Below, in pieces: positions 11,010 to 23,065 of a DNA stretch of 64,000 nucleotides (the first letter of the stretch is position 1; each line of letters begins with the position of its first letter). Below the pieces are notes generated by a model. The model saw only the letters and a list, made by a program, of their open reading frames with translations. It had not been told where the DNA came from and ran no database searches. Both the position numbers and the translations under genes were made by a program. This DNA is from Synechococcales cyanobacterium S06. GTDB lineage: Bacteria; Cyanobacteriota; Cyanobacteriia; Cyanobacteriales; JAABRE01. Location: the NCBI GenBank assembly GCA_011391125.1, contig JAABRE010000006.1, positions 33,131 through 97,130 on the forward strand. The letters run 5' to 3'.

Positions 11010-11258
11010 TTAAATTCCAGAATTAAGTTTTTTGGCCTCAGATAAATCTGGTTGGGTTTTGGTAAAAATAAGGGAAGAAGCCAGGGAACAAATTAACCCC
11101 ATGGCCAGATAACCTTTAACCCAATTATCCACAGGAACATAAAAAATTCCGATGGAAGTAATTGTAATAGAAAAGATAAAAAATATTACTGTAAAAAATA
11201 CCCAACTAGGAGTAATGCCTAAATTTGCCATTTGCTTTGTCATAACTAACCTCCTCAT
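11010..11258 (-). CDS. YiaA/YiaB family paralog
   Basis: PVDNWVKGYLAMG...TKTQ matches the adjacent gene. Confidence 0.7.
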   Translation of the reverse strand: MRRLVMTKQMANLGITPSWVFFTVIFFIFSITITSIGIFYVPVDNWVKGYLAMGLICSLASSLIFTKTQPDLSEAKKLNSGI

Positions 11259-11527
11259 AAATCTATGGTTTTATCATAATTGCCAATTTTTAATTAGAGA
11301 TTAACCAGTATGACACTTTGATAACTGTCTCGACCAGAAAAATATAATTAAACGGAATCAAACTAAAAAATGTTATGAAAATTAGATATTGATCACCTAA
11401 ATATTTAGATAAAGAAATGTAACAATAAATTGTATTAAATATGAATATAATTTATTTTGAAATAGTTAGAAAAAAGAGATGGTTGTCACTGTATTCTTAC
11501 TAATTAGTAAATTTAGATAACGAAAAA

Positions 11528-12610
11528 ATGGGAGCTAAAAAACGTATTGGAATTTTGACCAGTGGAGGAGACTGTGCTGGTTTAAACGCTGTCATTCGCG
11601 CCGTTACCCACTGTGCTATTAGTGTTCATGGTTGGGAAGTGATCGGGATTTGTAAAGCAACCCTTGGATTAATGACCAATCCGCCCCAACTCATGCACTT
11701 AGATGTCAACAAAGTTGACCGTTGGTTAACCATGGGGGGGACAATGTTGGGAACCACCAACAAAGGTGATCCTTTCGCCTTTCCCATGGCTGACGGTTCA
11801 GTCAAAGACCGTTCCCAAGAAATCATTGACAATTATCATCAACTTGGTTTGGATGCTTTAATCGGCATTGGTGGCGACGGAAGTTTGGCCATTTTGCGCA
11901 AATTGGCCCAACAAGGTGGCATAAATTTAATTGGCATTCCTAAAACTATTGATAACGATGTCGGAGCGACGGAACGTTCCATCGGTTTTGATACGGCGGT
12001 CAATATTGCCACCGAAGCCTTAGACAGGTTGCATTTTACTGCTGCTAGTCATAATCGAGTGATTATTGTTGAAGTTATGGGGAGAGATGCGGGTCATATT
12101 GCTTTAAATGCCGGTATTGCTGGCGGAGCCCATGTCATTCTCATTCCCGAAATTCCCTACAAATTAGAAAATATTGCTACTTACTTGACCAAACGACAAG
12201 CTGAAGGTCAGGATTATTCAGTCATCGTGGTTTCGGAAGCAGTTTGCAGTGAAAATGGGCAACCAATTCAACAAATGCAAGCTTTTGGTCAAGCTCGTTT
12301 AGGCGGAATTGGTCAATATTTAGCGGAAAAAATCGCTGACCTGACTAATGCTGAAACTAGGGTGACAGTTTTAGGTCATACCCAACGTGGGGGCATTTCT
12401 TCACCATTAGATCGGATTTTAGCGTCATCTTTTGGCGTCGCTGCTGTGGAATTAATCGCCCAAGAAAAGTATGATCAAATGGTAGTCTGGCAAAATCGTC
12501 AGGTTGACTATGTCCCCATTGCCGAAGCGATTAAAAATTACCGCAATGTCGATTCTGAAGGCACTTTAGTTAAAACGGCTAGAGGTTTAGGAATTTGCTT
12601 GGGAGATTAA
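11528..12610 (+). CDS. pfkA: 6-phosphofructokinase
   Basis: ILTSGGDCAGLNA, GGDGS, PKTIDND, EVMGR. Confidence 0.95.
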   Translation: MGAKKRIGILTSGGDCAGLNAVIRAVTHCAISVHGWEVIGICKATLGLMTNPPQLMHLDVNKVDRWLTMGGTMLGTTNKGDPFAFPMADGSVKDRSQEIIDNYHQLGLDALIGIGGDGSLAILRKLAQQGGINLIGIPKTIDNDVGATERSIGFDTAVNIATEALDRLHFTAASHNRVIIVEVMGRDAGHIALNAGIAGGAHVILIPEIPYKLENIATYLTKRQAEGQDYSVIVVSEAVCSENGQPIQQMQAFGQARLGGIGQYLAEKIADLTNAETRVTVLGHTQRGGISSPLDRILASSFGVAAVELIAQEKYDQMVVWQNRQVDYVPIAEAIKNYRNVDSEGTLVKTARGLGICLGD

Positions 12611-12617
12611 CGACTTA

Positions 12618-12683
12618 ATAGACATCTTGGGAAACTCAAAAAATTGATCTTTTCACTTGACTTAGTTTAACAAGATGTCTATT
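12618..12683. repeat. Inverted repeat AATAGACATCTTG...CAAGATGTCTATT (MITE-like ends or bidirectional terminator)
   Basis: 13-bp perfect inverted repeat between convergent genes; related to the ends at 39581-39692. Confidence 0.6.
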
Positions 12684-12720
12684 GACTAGATTTAGGGAGG
12701 GTAGAGCGCATTTTCAGCTC

Positions 12721-13122
12721 TTAAAACTTCAGGCCAATTTGGCCATTAATACCACGAATTGAATGATAACCCGCACCTAAAACAATATTGCTAGACACAT
12801 CAAAATGCACCCCCGCCGAATAGGCGAAGTTTTCATCACCAGAATAATAACCGACACCCACATAAGGAGAAACTGCGGGTAAACTGATAAATTTGAGGAT
12901 GTCGCCACCAGTTGCACCGTCTTTTCCCGTGCCGATTTCCACACCAAAGCCAAAAAATTTCGCTCCGATTCCATAGCTGATATCTTCATCCTTGACTCCC
13001 GCAGTGCCCCAAACTTGGGGAAGAAGCTGACTTTTGGCTTCTTGACAGGGTAAAATAGCGAAACCAGCCATTAAAAGGCCACAAAACCAACTTTGTTTGA
13101 TTAAATTTAACATTTTTCTCAC
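12721..13122 (-). CDS. Small exported, probable outer-membrane beta-barrel-like protein
   Basis: Signal peptide, Gly/aromatic alternating strands, C-terminal Phe. Confidence 0.5.
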   Translation of the reverse strand: MRKMLNLIKQSWFCGLLMAGFAILPCQEAKSQLLPQVWGTAGVKDEDISYGIGAKFFGFGVEIGTGKDGATGGDILKFISLPAVSPYVGVGYYSGDENFAYSAGVHFDVSSNIVLGAGYHSIRGINGQIGLKF

Positions 13123-13250
13123 ACCAATAAATTACCTTTTGATTTCATTATAGAATCTTATTCTACTAAAAATGTTCCCTTAATTTTTGGGGACAATAGT
13201 TCAGTAAAAATAAATAAATTAGGCAAAATTTTGAGAAAATTAAGTTCAAA

Positions 13251-16200
13251 TTATAAGAAAACTTTAATAGTTTCCATTAAATTTTGCATTTTTATTTCCA
13301 GTAAAGCATTATTACCAAAAGAAATTAATCTACCTCCATAACCTCGAGTTGGTTCATTGAAAGTTAAAATATTACCACCGTGAGATTGTACCACAATTGT
13401 TCCGATGATTATTTCTTTAGTTTTGCCATCGATTCTAATTTCTTTTCTAGTTAAAGTATCCTTAATCGTTAACTGTTGAATTAAACTAAACAACTCAATA
13501 ATTAAATAATTAATTTCAAAATTAACTACATTTCCCTTAGTATGAATAACTATTCCTTGAGGAAGTCCAATAATTTTGCCTTCAATTAATTCAGGGCGAT
13601 TTGGAGGAGATTGGGGTATTTCTTGGTTAATTAAAGTTAAATTAATGGTCCAAATTTCGGCTTGTTTTTCTAATTCAGAACGAATTTTTTTGAATTGATT
13701 AATTTTTAATTGCGCTTTAAACTCCTGCTCTTGTTTTAATTTAGTCGCTAACCAACGATGACGAGCAAATTCGCGAATTTTGCCATCTTCTGAATTGATA
13801 TAGTGCTGGTAAAAATGCAAAGTTGCTTCAAGAGCGCCAATTTTTTCCAATGCGATACCTAAATGTGGTATTAGTAAATATTTTTGCCAATGATGACTGA
13901 CAATTATATTTTTCCTGATAATTTTTTCATAATTATCCTTATCTTTTTTACTAAGATTTTGAGGTTTTAATTCTGAACAAGCTATTTCATAAATAAAGTC
14001 ATATTTTAAACCCGTATTTTCCGCTTCCACACTGGTTAAAATCGGTAAATATTTATTTAAAGCTGATAATAAATCAGCCCAATATTGATTACGAGTATAA
14101 AATCTAAGTAAAATTACCACCGGTTTAATTGTCACTTTATTTTCCGTTGCTTTGTCAAAACATTCTTTAACTTTTTGATAATTTTTTAAGATACAATAAC
14201 CGACAAATGCTTGTTTATAAAATTGTTTAGCTTCAAAAGCTGGAATCACATATTCTAACCAAAATATTTCTTGGGGTTTACCATTTTGTTCCCATTTTTG
14301 AATAATTTGTTCATTTTGTTGAGCCGTACTTAAAAGAGCTAATTCTTGTTTAATTAGCTCTTCTTTTTTATTGTCTTCGACAATTTTTTGAATAACTTTA
14401 TTGAGATTTTGTTTATTTTTATCTGCCAAAAATAAACAAGATTGAGCGATTTCTTTAACGGGTAAAGATGCTACATGACTGAGATGAATTAACACATAAC
14501 CAATGCGTTTTAATTGCTCTGGAGGCCAGATTTTACTAGAATTGATAATGTTATTAACAACTTCAATGTAAGCATCAATGGCGGTTTGCCATTGTGGATA
14601 AGGTAGCAAATTTTTCAAATTATAAGATTCATTACTAATTAAAACAGTAAACTCTTTTAACTGGCTATTTATCTTGGTTTTATTATCATCAGTGATAAAC
14701 CAAGCCATAAAATTAATTAAAGGTTTAACTTTTTGAACAGCATCAGTCAGCAAATCAGGGGATTTATTTTGAGCTAAAATGACTAAATTTGCCCAATCAC
14801 AACCTTGCCAAAAACAGTCCCAAGCTTCCCTAATTTTTCCTTGACTTAATAATAATTCACCGGCTTGAGAGAAATTTCTTTCTAATTTTAAAGCTTGAGC
14901 TTCACAAAATATAGCTTGAGTTTGATCATTTAATTTTTGATAAGCCCCACCAGCTCGCCTTAATAAGTCGGGATTTTCGGAATTTATCCCCTCAATTTCT
15001 AAAGTCTTGGCAATGGCAACTAAATCATGATCGGCCAGGGCTTGTGGACTTTTGCCCCAAGCAATTAAACAAATTAAATCTCGCCATTGTTGGTGATTTG
15101 TTTTCGGTGGTAACTTATTAATAAATAAGTCTAATTCTGCTTCAGAAACTGCGTGTTTCCAAATCTGATTTTCCCCTAATTCTGAATCCACAATAAATAA
15201 TCTTTCCGTAGCACGAGAAGCCGCCACATAAAGCTTATTTAAAAAGTATTTTCCCTCCTCAGTAGTTTGCTCATTTGCCAACCATAAATCCGGGGGACAA
15301 ACTTCACCAAACTTATATAAAATAACCTGTTTAAATTCCAAACCTTTAACAGAAATTGCGCTTAAAATATTCCAAGGAGCGGTTTGGGAATTAGGAGGAA
15401 TAAAACTAGATAATAATTCATCTCCTTTAATATAATCAATTTCTCCACCTTCATCACAAGGAATAATAACCACAGTATCCTGTAACAAAGGTTTAATAAT
15501 TTCTCGACTAATATTAACATCTAAAATAAATTTTTCGGGTTGAAAATCGCCATATTTTCGGGCTTGTTGGGGCATAATATCAGAAATATGACACAATTCT
15601 CTTCGCCATAACTGAATTAAATTACTAACACCAACAATCGCTTCTATAGAGCGATAATTAAATTTCAATTCGACAAAATTCATCTCTAAATTTAACGTAC
15701 CAGTGGGAGCTAAAGCCGTAATAATCTCATTATAAAAAGTAGCTTTCAAAGCACTCCAGCGAAAACCAGTCGGGTTTAAAGTTTGTAAAGGATCTCCAGC
15801 AAAAGCAAAGGGCAAACATTCGATATATTCATGTTCTAAATCATAATTACAAAACACAGATAAACGCATCACTAATTGTAACTCTAAACGAGTAAAATCT
15901 TGGGCCTCATCACAAAAAATCGCCGTATATTCAGGCCGATAATATTTAGACTGTAAAACAATTCTAATTAAATCCTGATCATCCCATTCTCCCTCTTGTT
16001 TCGTATATTTTTCATACCATTTCCACACCGTATGATAAATATTTTCAAACTCCTCCACAGAAACAACACGCTCTTTTTTCGGGATTTCTTGATAATCATT
16101 AATATCACTATAAGTATCCCGTTCATCTAAATGATAACCCTTAATAAAAGTTCTAATTACCAACCAACAAAGTTCCGCCGAATAATCAGGCCAAACTGAC

Positions 16201-17528
16201 TTCATTAACTGACGAAAACGATAAAAAGAAACATATTTACGCTCCTGAAAAAGTTCCCTTTCAGATACAGGTAATAAATTTTTCAAAAATAAGCGAAAAG
16301 GTTGGAAAAAAGGACTCAAATTTGGTACTTCTTCTATAGTTCCTGTTTTCGCCAAAAAGCGATGATGAGATTCTAATAAACGCATGACCCGATCTTGAGC
16401 ATATTTAGTAATCGGTTCATTGTAAGCTAAAAATAATGGGTGAGGTTTTGTATAATAATCTAAATTATTTTCCCGACAAAAATGCAAATGACGATCGCAA
16501 TAATCAGCAAAAAGATGAAATAATAAAGTCGATTTTCCACTACCAGCTCTACCATTTAAAAATAAAGGTAAAGAAGGATTAGAAGTCGAAACTGCGTGAA
16601 GTATTCCTTCTTCTTCCGCCGATAAAGCTAAATTGGTATTTTCATCATTTTCAATAGTTTGCCAAAGCTTTTCATCAGCTAAAAGATAACTAGGATAAGC
16701 TCTTCGGGCCAAAGAAGTTAAATCATCCCAGACAAATTCCGTGGTTAATAAATTATGATTAGTTTCGGGAATAAATAATTGATGTTCCGATTTAATCGCC
16801 GTTAAATTATCAATAATTCCCGCTAATTCTTCCCCATTGGGTTCACTTAAAAAAGGAGCAATTAATAATAAAATATTTCGCGGAGGTTGATCGGCCGTCG
16901 TAATTAAACTAAACAATAAATAACAACCATTTTCACCATATAACTTAATATTAGACCAATTAGTATTCGTGCCTAAATTCCCTTCAGAATCGGCAATTTT
17001 TGAGATTAATTCACTATAAAAAAGCCATTTTTCTTGAATTTCTGGCACTTTAAAATTATCTAACCAAGTTTGACTTTCATAAATAACCACCCCATGATTA
17101 TCAAATTCCCAACTAGGACGTTCTAGCCAAATTTGCAACTCATTACTTAGGGGTAACAGAGAAGAATAATTTTTTTCTTGGGATGAACTTCGTTGCTTCA
17201 GCCATTCTTTGATTGTTGCGTCTATATTGTCTAAACTTTGATGGCCAAACTCACGTTTGAGCAAAAAATTCTCATAATCGCTATCTCCGCGACGAAAAAT
17301 GGTTAACCAACACAAAACATAATCCTTACCAAAACGACGAATACGGGCAATTAAGCGCAAATTACCCTCTTTGCGCTTTAAATAGGGATAAACACGCTCA
17401 AAACGCGATTGTACCGCCTCCAAGCTCATTTTTTCTAACTCATGGCAGATTCTGTCGATATGCTCCTGAATACCCTGGATGTCAACTTGATCATTAAAAT
17501 AATTAGTCCTATAAACCAACATAGTCAA
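13251..17528 (-). CDS. Large SF1 (UvrD-like) helicase/ATPase with TPR-like C-terminal region
   Basis: GRAGSGKST, IFCDEAQD, AGDPLQ, NYRS, KGLEF and LYVAASRA SF1 motifs. Confidence 0.8.
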   Translation of the reverse strand: MTMLVYRTNYFNDQVDIQGIQEHIDRICHELEKMSLEAVQSRFERVYPYLKRKEGNLRLIARIRRFGKDYVLCWLTIFRRGDSDYENFLLKREFGHQSLDNIDATIKEWLKQRSSSQEKNYSSLLPLSNELQIWLERPSWEFDNHGVVIYESQTWLDNFKVPEIQEKWLFYSELISKIADSEGNLGTNTNWSNIKLYGENGCYLLFSLITTADQPPRNILLLIAPFLSEPNGEELAGIIDNLTAIKSEHQLFIPETNHNLLTTEFVWDDLTSLARRAYPSYLLADEKLWQTIENDENTNLALSAEEEGILHAVSTSNPSLPLFLNGRAGSGKSTLLFHLFADYCDRHLHFCRENNLDYYTKPHPLFLAYNEPITKYAQDRVMRLLESHHRFLAKTGTIEEVPNLSPFFQPFRLFLKNLLPVSERELFQERKYVSFYRFRQLMKSVWPDYSAELCWLVIRTFIKGYHLDERDTYSDINDYQEIPKKERVVSVEEFENIYHTVWKWYEKYTKQEGEWDDQDLIRIVLQSKYYRPEYTAIFCDEAQDFTRLELQLVMRLSVFCNYDLEHEYIECLPFAFAGDPLQTLNPTGFRWSALKATFYNEIITALAPTGTLNLEMNFVELKFNYRSIEAIVGVSNLIQLWRRELCHISDIMPQQARKYGDFQPEKFILDVNISREIIKPLLQDTVVIIPCDEGGEIDYIKGDELLSSFIPPNSQTAPWNILSAISVKGLEFKQVILYKFGEVCPPDLWLANEQTTEEGKYFLNKLYVAASRATERLFIVDSELGENQIWKHAVSEAELDLFINKLPPKTNHQQWRDLICLIAWGKSPQALADHDLVAIAKTLEIEGINSENPDLLRRAGGAYQKLNDQTQAIFCEAQALKLERNFSQAGELLLSQGKIREAWDCFWQGCDWANLVILAQNKSPDLLTDAVQKVKPLINFMAWFITDDNKTKINSQLKEFTVLISNESYNLKNLLPYPQWQTAIDAYIEVVNNIINSSKIWPPEQLKRIGYVLIHLSHVASLPVKEIAQSCLFLADKNKQNLNKVIQKIVEDNKKEELIKQELALLSTAQQNEQIIQKWEQNGKPQEIFWLEYVIPAFEAKQFYKQAFVGYCILKNYQKVKECFDKATENKVTIKPVVILLRFYTRNQYWADLLSALNKYLPILTSVEAENTGLKYDFIYEIACSELKPQNLSKKDKDNYEKIIRKNIIVSHHWQKYLLIPHLGIALEKIGALEATLHFYQHYINSEDGKIREFARHRWLATKLKQEQEFKAQLKINQFKKIRSELEKQAEIWTINLTLINQEIPQSPPNRPELIEGKIIGLPQGIVIHTKGNVVNFEINYLIIELFSLIQQLTIKDTLTRKEIRIDGKTKEIIIGTIVVQSHGGNILTFNEPTRGYGGRLISFGNNALLEIKMQNLMETIKVFL

Positions 17529-17597
17529 TTCTCCCTAAACTACTATTATCTATTGTGATGCAGCAGGGAAATTATTAGAGTATCAATAAGCTTATGT

Positions 17598-17816
17598 TTA
17601 GATTTTCAATCCTTCCTTACTCTGTTTTAACTGCTTCCACAAATCTTGTATTTTTTGATAAGCTTCCTCAGAGGATAACTTTCCTGCGGTATGTAAAGAA
17701 GAAATATAAGCTATTTTAGTGGCAAATTCCTGTAAATTACTGTTAAAAGCCAATGTATTTGGACGAAAATGACCCCGATAACGGCTTGACCCATAAAGAA
17801 AACTGTTCTGATCCAT
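17598..17816 (-). CDS. Conserved small cyanobacterial hypothetical protein
   Basis: FLY..SRYRG.F.P..LAFNSNLQEFA motif common in cyanobacteria. Confidence 0.75.
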   Translation of the reverse strand: MDQNSFLYGSSRYRGHFRPNTLAFNSNLQEFATKIAYISSLHTAGKLSSEEAYQKIQDLWKQLKQSKEGLKI

Positions 17817-18334
17817 TTTTTCTTAAACTGACTATAGGGTTATTAATGATTTTTTATTTATATTTCTTAATTATATCTTAATCTTGGTTGGATTCTTGTT
17901 CATCTATCTTGCTTACCTTGACTAATTTTTAAATAAAAGACAGCTCCAAAAAAATATATTTGATCGTCAGCAAACCAGGGTAGAGACATACAATGGTAGA
18001 TATCTATCATGGTTTTTCCCAGATGTCTAATGACAGCAGTTTGGTTGATCAATTTGTCTGAATGCCAACGCTACCATAATTATATGGGACTAAACTAATC
18101 AAATATCAATTATTTATATTTCCTAATATTTAGTTATTTAAACTTTATTAAATTATTTCTCCTCAACCGAAATAACTTGATATAATTCTCTGACTAGGCC
18201 TACTTAACCTTTTCCTAACAGGGTGAACAATCGATCGCCCTTCCCAAAAAAGTCAGCAACTAAATACCAAGTTAGTTCACAGACTACAAAACGCGTAACT
18301 TTATTTACTTATTATTGAAGATAATAGAACTTCG

Positions 18335-21300
18335 ATGCACCATAACGAAACTGTCTCCATGAATCATCAACTGCCAGAAAAACAAGGACTATACGATCCA
18401 CAATTTGAACATGATGCCTGCGGTGTAGGTTTTATTGTTCATCAGAAAGGGCAAAAATCCCATGACATTGTCCAACAAGCACTGACCATCTTAATTAATT
18501 TAGATCACCGGGGAGCTTGTTGTGAACCGAATACCGGTGACGGAGCGGGAATTTTGATGCAAATTCCCCACAAATTCCTGACCAAAGTAGCCGCCGCCGA
18601 AAACATCAGCTTACCAGAAGTAGGCAACTACGGCGTTGGCATGATTTTCAGTTCACCCGATCCCGAAAAACGCCAAAAAGCAAGACAACTTTTTGAGGAA
18701 ATTGTAGCCGAAGAAGGGCAAAAAGTCCTCGGTTGGCGGATAATTCCCACGGACAATTTATCCTTGGGCAAATCAGCAAAAGCGTCAGAACCCTTTATGC
18801 AACAGGTGTTCATTGATCGCCACCCGGAACTGAAAGACGATTTGGCATTTGAACGCAAATTATACATCATCCGAAAAAGGACCCACTTTGAAATTCACCG
18901 CGAAGGAGGAGACAAACACTGGTACGCGGCGAGCATTTCCTGTCGTACCCTAGTCTATAAAGGGATGTTAATGCCCGAACAGGTCGGCAAATATTACCTC
19001 GACTTAAACGATCCTGACATGGAAAGCGCCCTGGCCTTGGTCCATTCGCGTTTTAGCACCAATACTTTCCCCAGTTGGGAACGATCTCACCCCTACCGTT
19101 ACATCGCCCATAACGGTGAAATTAACACCATGCGAGGTAACATCAACTGGATGAATGCGCGTCAGTCGCTTTTTGAGTCAGAATTATTCGGCGATGACCT
19201 CAAAAAAGTGCGCCATGCGATCAACATTAACGGTAGTGACTCAGGTATTTTCGACAACGCCCTGGAATTGTTGACCTTGTCAGGGCGATCGCTCCCCCAC
19301 GCTGTTATGATGATGGTACCCGAACCTTGGTCAGGTCACGAGTCCATGAGTCCAGAGAAAAAAGCCTTCTATAAATACCATTCCTGTTTAATGGAACCAT
19401 GGGACGGACCGGCGAGTATCGCCTTCACCGATGGTACAATCATGGGAGCAGTGCTAGATCGCAACGGTTTACGACCTTCTCGGTATTATGTCACCAAAGA
19501 TGACCTCGTAATTATGGCATCGGAAGCGGGAGTTTTACCCATCGAACCTGAAAGAGTAGCATTCAAAGGTCGTTTACAACCCGGTAGAATGTTCCTAGTT
19601 GACATGAAAGAAGGCCGAATCATCGACGACGAAGAAATTAAGGCCAAAATTGCCACCGAAAAACCCTATCAACAGTGGTTAGACGCTAATTTAGTGGAAT
19701 TAGACAGCTTACCCGACGCTGAAAATGTCCCCAGCAGCGATCTTGCAACCATTACCCAACGTCAAATGGCCTTCGGTTACAGCTTTGAAGAAATCAGAAT
19801 GTTGCTGAGTCCCATGGGTAAAAACGGCGTTGAAGCAACCGGCGCAATGGGTACAGATACCCCATTAGCAGTGCTTTCCAACCGTCCGAAAATCTTGTAC
19901 GATTACTTCCAGCAGCTTTTTGCCCAAGTTACCAACCCGCCGATTGATTCAATCAGGGAAGAAATCATCACTTCCGCCGTCACCACCATTGGTTCTGAAC
20001 ACAATTTATTAGCACCAACCCCCGAAAGTTGCCATTTAATCGAACTAAAAAGCCCAATTCTCAGTAACGCTGACTTAGCCAAAATTAAACAGCAAACTGA
20101 ATTTAGCAATGTTACCCTTGAGATTCTTTTTAACCCCAAAAATGAGGTAAAAGGTCTTGAAGAGGCATTGGATGGTGTTTTTAGCGCTGCTGACAAGGCA
20201 ATTAGCGAGGGATGCAGCCTCATCATTCTGAGCGATCGGGGTATCAGCAAAGACAAAGCACCAATTCCTGCCTTATTGGCAGTTGCTGGCTTACATCACC
20301 ACTTGATTAGAACCGGTACTCGCACCCGTGTTGGCATTGTCCTCGAATCAGGAGAACCTCGGGAAGTCCACCATTGCGCAGTTTTAATCGGTTATGGTTG
20401 TGGCGCAATTAATCCCTATTTGGCCTTTGAAACTTTAGAGCAAATGATTGCCGAAGGTTTATTGGTCGGCGTTGATCACAAAACCGCTTGTAAAAATTAT
20501 ATCAAAGCAGCCACCAAAGGAGTCACCAAAATTGCCTCTAAAATTGGCATTTCTACCCTCCAAAGTTATCGCGGAGCCCAGATTTTTGAGGCGATCGGCC
20601 TGAATAAATCAGTCATTGACAAGTATTTCAGTTGGACTGCTTCGCGGATCGAAGGTTCAGATTTGGCGGTCATTGCCAAGGAAGCGATTTTACGCCATAG
20701 TCATGGTTTCCCCGAACGTCCCACTGCAAATCCTACCTTGGATGTTGGTGGCGAATATCAATGGCGCAAAGATGGCGAAAAACACCTGCTGAGTCCCGAA
20801 GCAATTCACACCTTGCAAAAAGCGGTCCAGTTAGGCGATTATAACTTGTATAAGAAATATGCCAGTGAAATTAACGAGCAGAATCAGCAAACCTTTACCC
20901 TGCGCGGTTTATTGGACTTCAAAAAACGCGAGTCCATTCCTTTAGAGGAAGTTGAACCCCTCGAAGCGATCCTGAAACGCTTTAAAACAGGGGCTATGAG
21001 CTACGGTTCAATTTCTAAGGAGGCCCATGAAGCGTTGGCCATTGCCATGAATCGCATCGGCGGTAAATCCAACACCGGGGAAGGAGGGGAAGACCCCGAA
21101 CGTTACACCTGGACCAACGAAAAAGGGGACTCTAAAAATAGTGCCATCAAACAGGTTGCTTCGGGTCGTTTTGGGGTGACCAGTTTGTACCTTTCCCAAG
21201 CTAAGGAAATTCAGATCAAGATGGCGCAAGGGGCAAAACCCGGCGAAGGTGGTCAACTTCCGGGGTTAAAAGTCTATCCTTGGATTGCCAAGGTTCGTCA

Positions 21301-22933
21301 CTCAACCCCCGGTGTCGGCTTAATTTCACCCCCTCCTCACCACGATATTTATTCCATTGAGGATTTGGCGGAGTTAATCCACGATCTAAAAAATGCCAAT
21401 CGGGAAGCAAGGATCAATGTGAAGTTGGTTTCAGAAGTTGGCGTAGGTACAATTGCGGCCGGTGTAGCCAAAGCTCATGCTGATGTTGTCCTCATTTCTG
21501 GCTTTGACGGAGGAACTGGTGCATCGCCTCAAACTTCAATTAAACACGCAGGATTACCTTGGGAGTTAGGTTTGGCGGAAACTCACCAGACTTTGGTCCT
21601 CAATAATTTGCGTAGTCGGATTGTGGTGGAAACTGACGGACAGTTGAAAACTGGTCGGGATATTGCGATCGCTGCGTTACTCGGAGCGGAAGAATTTGGC
21701 TTCTCCACCGGTCCTCTGGTCACGTTAGGTTGTATTATGATGCGAGTTTGTCATCTAAATACTTGTCCCGTGGGAATTGCGACCCAAAATCCCGATTTAC
21801 GGGCGAAATTCACCGGTGATCCCGAATATACGGTGAATTTCATGAAGTTTATCGCGACGGAATTGCGCGAAATTATGGCCGAGTTGGGTTTCCGTACTTT
21901 AACGGAAATGGTTGGCCGGACCGAGGTTTTGGAAGCGAAAAAAGCGGTGGATCATTGGAAAGCTAAGGGAATTGACCTTTCTAACCTGCTTTATCAACCC
22001 GAAGTCGGTCCTGAAGTCGGTCGCTATTGTCAGATTCCCCAAGACCACGGGTTGGCAAAATCCCTCGACATGACGACTTTGTTAGATTTGTGCAAAGGGG
22101 CGATCGAAAATGGTGAGAAAGTTTCTGCAACTTTGCCCATTACCAATGTTAATCGCGTAGTCGGTACGATTTTGGGTAACGAAATCACCAAAAAACATTG
22201 GGAAGGTTTACCAGAAGACACCGTCCACCTCAAATTTAATGGTAGTGCAGGTCAAAGTTTAGGCGCGTTCGTACCCAAGGGTGTGACCATTGAATTAGAA
22301 GGCGATGCTAATGATTATTTAGGTAAGGGTTTGAGCGGTGGCAAAATCATCGTTTATCCGCCCAAAGTGTCAACTTTTGTCGCTGAGGAAAATATCATTG
22401 CTGGTAATGTTGCCTTTTACGGTGCAACCAGTGGGGAAGCCTACATTCGCGGTGTCGTTGGCGAGCGTTTCTGTGTGCGCAATTCCGGCGTTGCTGCGGT
22501 GGTTGAAGGCGTGGGCGATCATGCTTGCGAATACATGACCGGTGGTAAAGTTGTCGTGTTAGGTAAAACTGGTCGCAACTTTGCTGCGGGAATGAGCGGC
22601 GGTATTGCATACATCCTCGATGAAAACGGCGACTTTGCCCAACATTGTAATACCAGTATGGCGGATTTGGAAACCCTTGATCCCGAGGATATGGACACAG
22701 TGCATACATTAATCAGCAATCACGTCAAATATACGGAAAGTTCAAAAGGTGCGCAAGTATTAGAGAACTGGGAATCAATGTCCGCTAAATTCGTGAAAGT
22801 GATGCCCCGGGATTACAAACGGGTGTTAAACGCGATTAAGGAAGCGTTGGAAGCGGGTTTAAGCGGTGATGACGCACTTAATGCAGCTTTCGAGAAAAAC
22901 GCGGCCGATGTCGCCAGAATTGGTGGTAGCTAG
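18335..22933 (+). CDS. gltB: Glutamate synthase large subunit
   Basis: EHDACGVGF (Cys1), [38 protein letters not shown] (3Fe-4S); start may be the Met at 18359. Confidence 0.97.
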   Translation: MHHNETVSMNHQLPEKQGLYDPQFEHDACGVGFIVHQKGQKSHDIVQQALTILINLDHRGACCEPNTGDGAGILMQIPHKFLTKVAAAENISLPEVGNYGVGMIFSSPDPEKRQKARQLFEEIVAEEGQKVLGWRIIPTDNLSLGKSAKASEPFMQQVFIDRHPELKDDLAFERKLYIIRKRTHFEIHREGGDKHWYAASISCRTLVYKGMLMPEQVGKYYLDLNDPDMESALALVHSRFSTNTFPSWERSHPYRYIAHNGEINTMRGNINWMNARQSLFESELFGDDLKKVRHAININGSDSGIFDNALELLTLSGRSLPHAVMMMVPEPWSGHESMSPEKKAFYKYHSCLMEPWDGPASIAFTDGTIMGAVLDRNGLRPSRYYVTKDDLVIMASEAGVLPIEPERVAFKGRLQPGRMFLVDMKEGRIIDDEEIKAKIATEKPYQQWLDANLVELDSLPDAENVPSSDLATITQRQMAFGYSFEEIRMLLSPMGKNGVEATGAMGTDTPLAVLSNRPKILYDYFQQLFAQVTNPPIDSIREEIITSAVTTIGSEHNLLAPTPESCHLIELKSPILSNADLAKIKQQTEFSNVTLEILFNPKNEVKGLEEALDGVFSAADKAISEGCSLIILSDRGISKDKAPIPALLAVAGLHHHLIRTGTRTRVGIVLESGEPREVHHCAVLIGYGCGAINPYLAFETLEQMIAEGLLVGVDHKTACKNYIKAATKGVTKIASKIGISTLQSYRGAQIFEAIGLNKSVIDKYFSWTASRIEGSDLAVIAKEAILRHSHGFPERPTANPTLDVGGEYQWRKDGEKHLLSPEAIHTLQKAVQLGDYNLYKKYASEINEQNQQTFTLRGLLDFKKRESIPLEEVEPLEAILKRFKTGAMSYGSISKEAHEALAIAMNRIGGKSNTGEGGEDPERYTWTNEKGDSKNSAIKQVASGRFGVTSLYLSQAKEIQIKMAQGAKPGEGGQLPGLKVYPWIAKVRHSTPGVGLISPPPHHDIYSIEDLAELIHDLKNANREARINVKLVSEVGVGTIAAGVAKAHADVVLISGFDGGTGASPQTSIKHAGLPWELGLAETHQTLVLNNLRSRIVVETDGQLKTGRDIAIAALLGAEEFGFSTGPLVTLGCIMMRVCHLNTCPVGIATQNPDLRAKFTGDPEYTVNFMKFIATELREIMAELGFRTLTEMVGRTEVLEAKKAVDHWKAKGIDLSNLLYQPEVGPEVGRYCQIPQDHGLAKSLDMTTLLDLCKGAIENGEKVSATLPITNVNRVVGTILGNEITKKHWEGLPEDTVHLKFNGSAGQSLGAFVPKGVTIELEGDANDYLGKGLSGGKIIVYPPKVSTFVAEENIIAGNVAFYGATSGEAYIRGVVGERFCVRNSGVAAVVEGVGDHACEYMTGGKVVVLGKTGRNFAAGMSGGIAYILDENGDFAQHCNTSMADLETLDPEDMDTVHTLISNHVKYTESSKGAQVLENWESMSAKFVKVMPRDYKRVLNAIKEALEAGLSGDDALNAAFEKNAADVARIGGS

Positions 22934-22985
22934 GTTCGTTGTTGCGCTTTAGCGCTAACGTAGGTGGGCATTGCCCACCCTACTA
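22933..22985. repeat. REP-like elements (GGTTCGTTGTTGCGCTTTAGCGCT plus GTAGGTGGGCATTGCCCACCCTAC)
   Basis: Short GC-rich hairpins; the same motifs recur elsewhere in the window. Confidence 0.8.
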
Positions 22986-23065
22986 ATCTTTCCCGTTATT
23001 TCGTTATAAAAAACCAATTTGCATTATAATTAAACTTATGTTATTAACTATGAAATATAAAGTCA

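Noticed and set aside
18628-22719. Short alternative-frame ORFs inside gltB (and similarly inside ftsZ, hisS, the surface-protein gene, ligA, lpdA)
   Set aside because: They are antisense or out-of-frame shadows of long conserved genes with no recognisable motifs.
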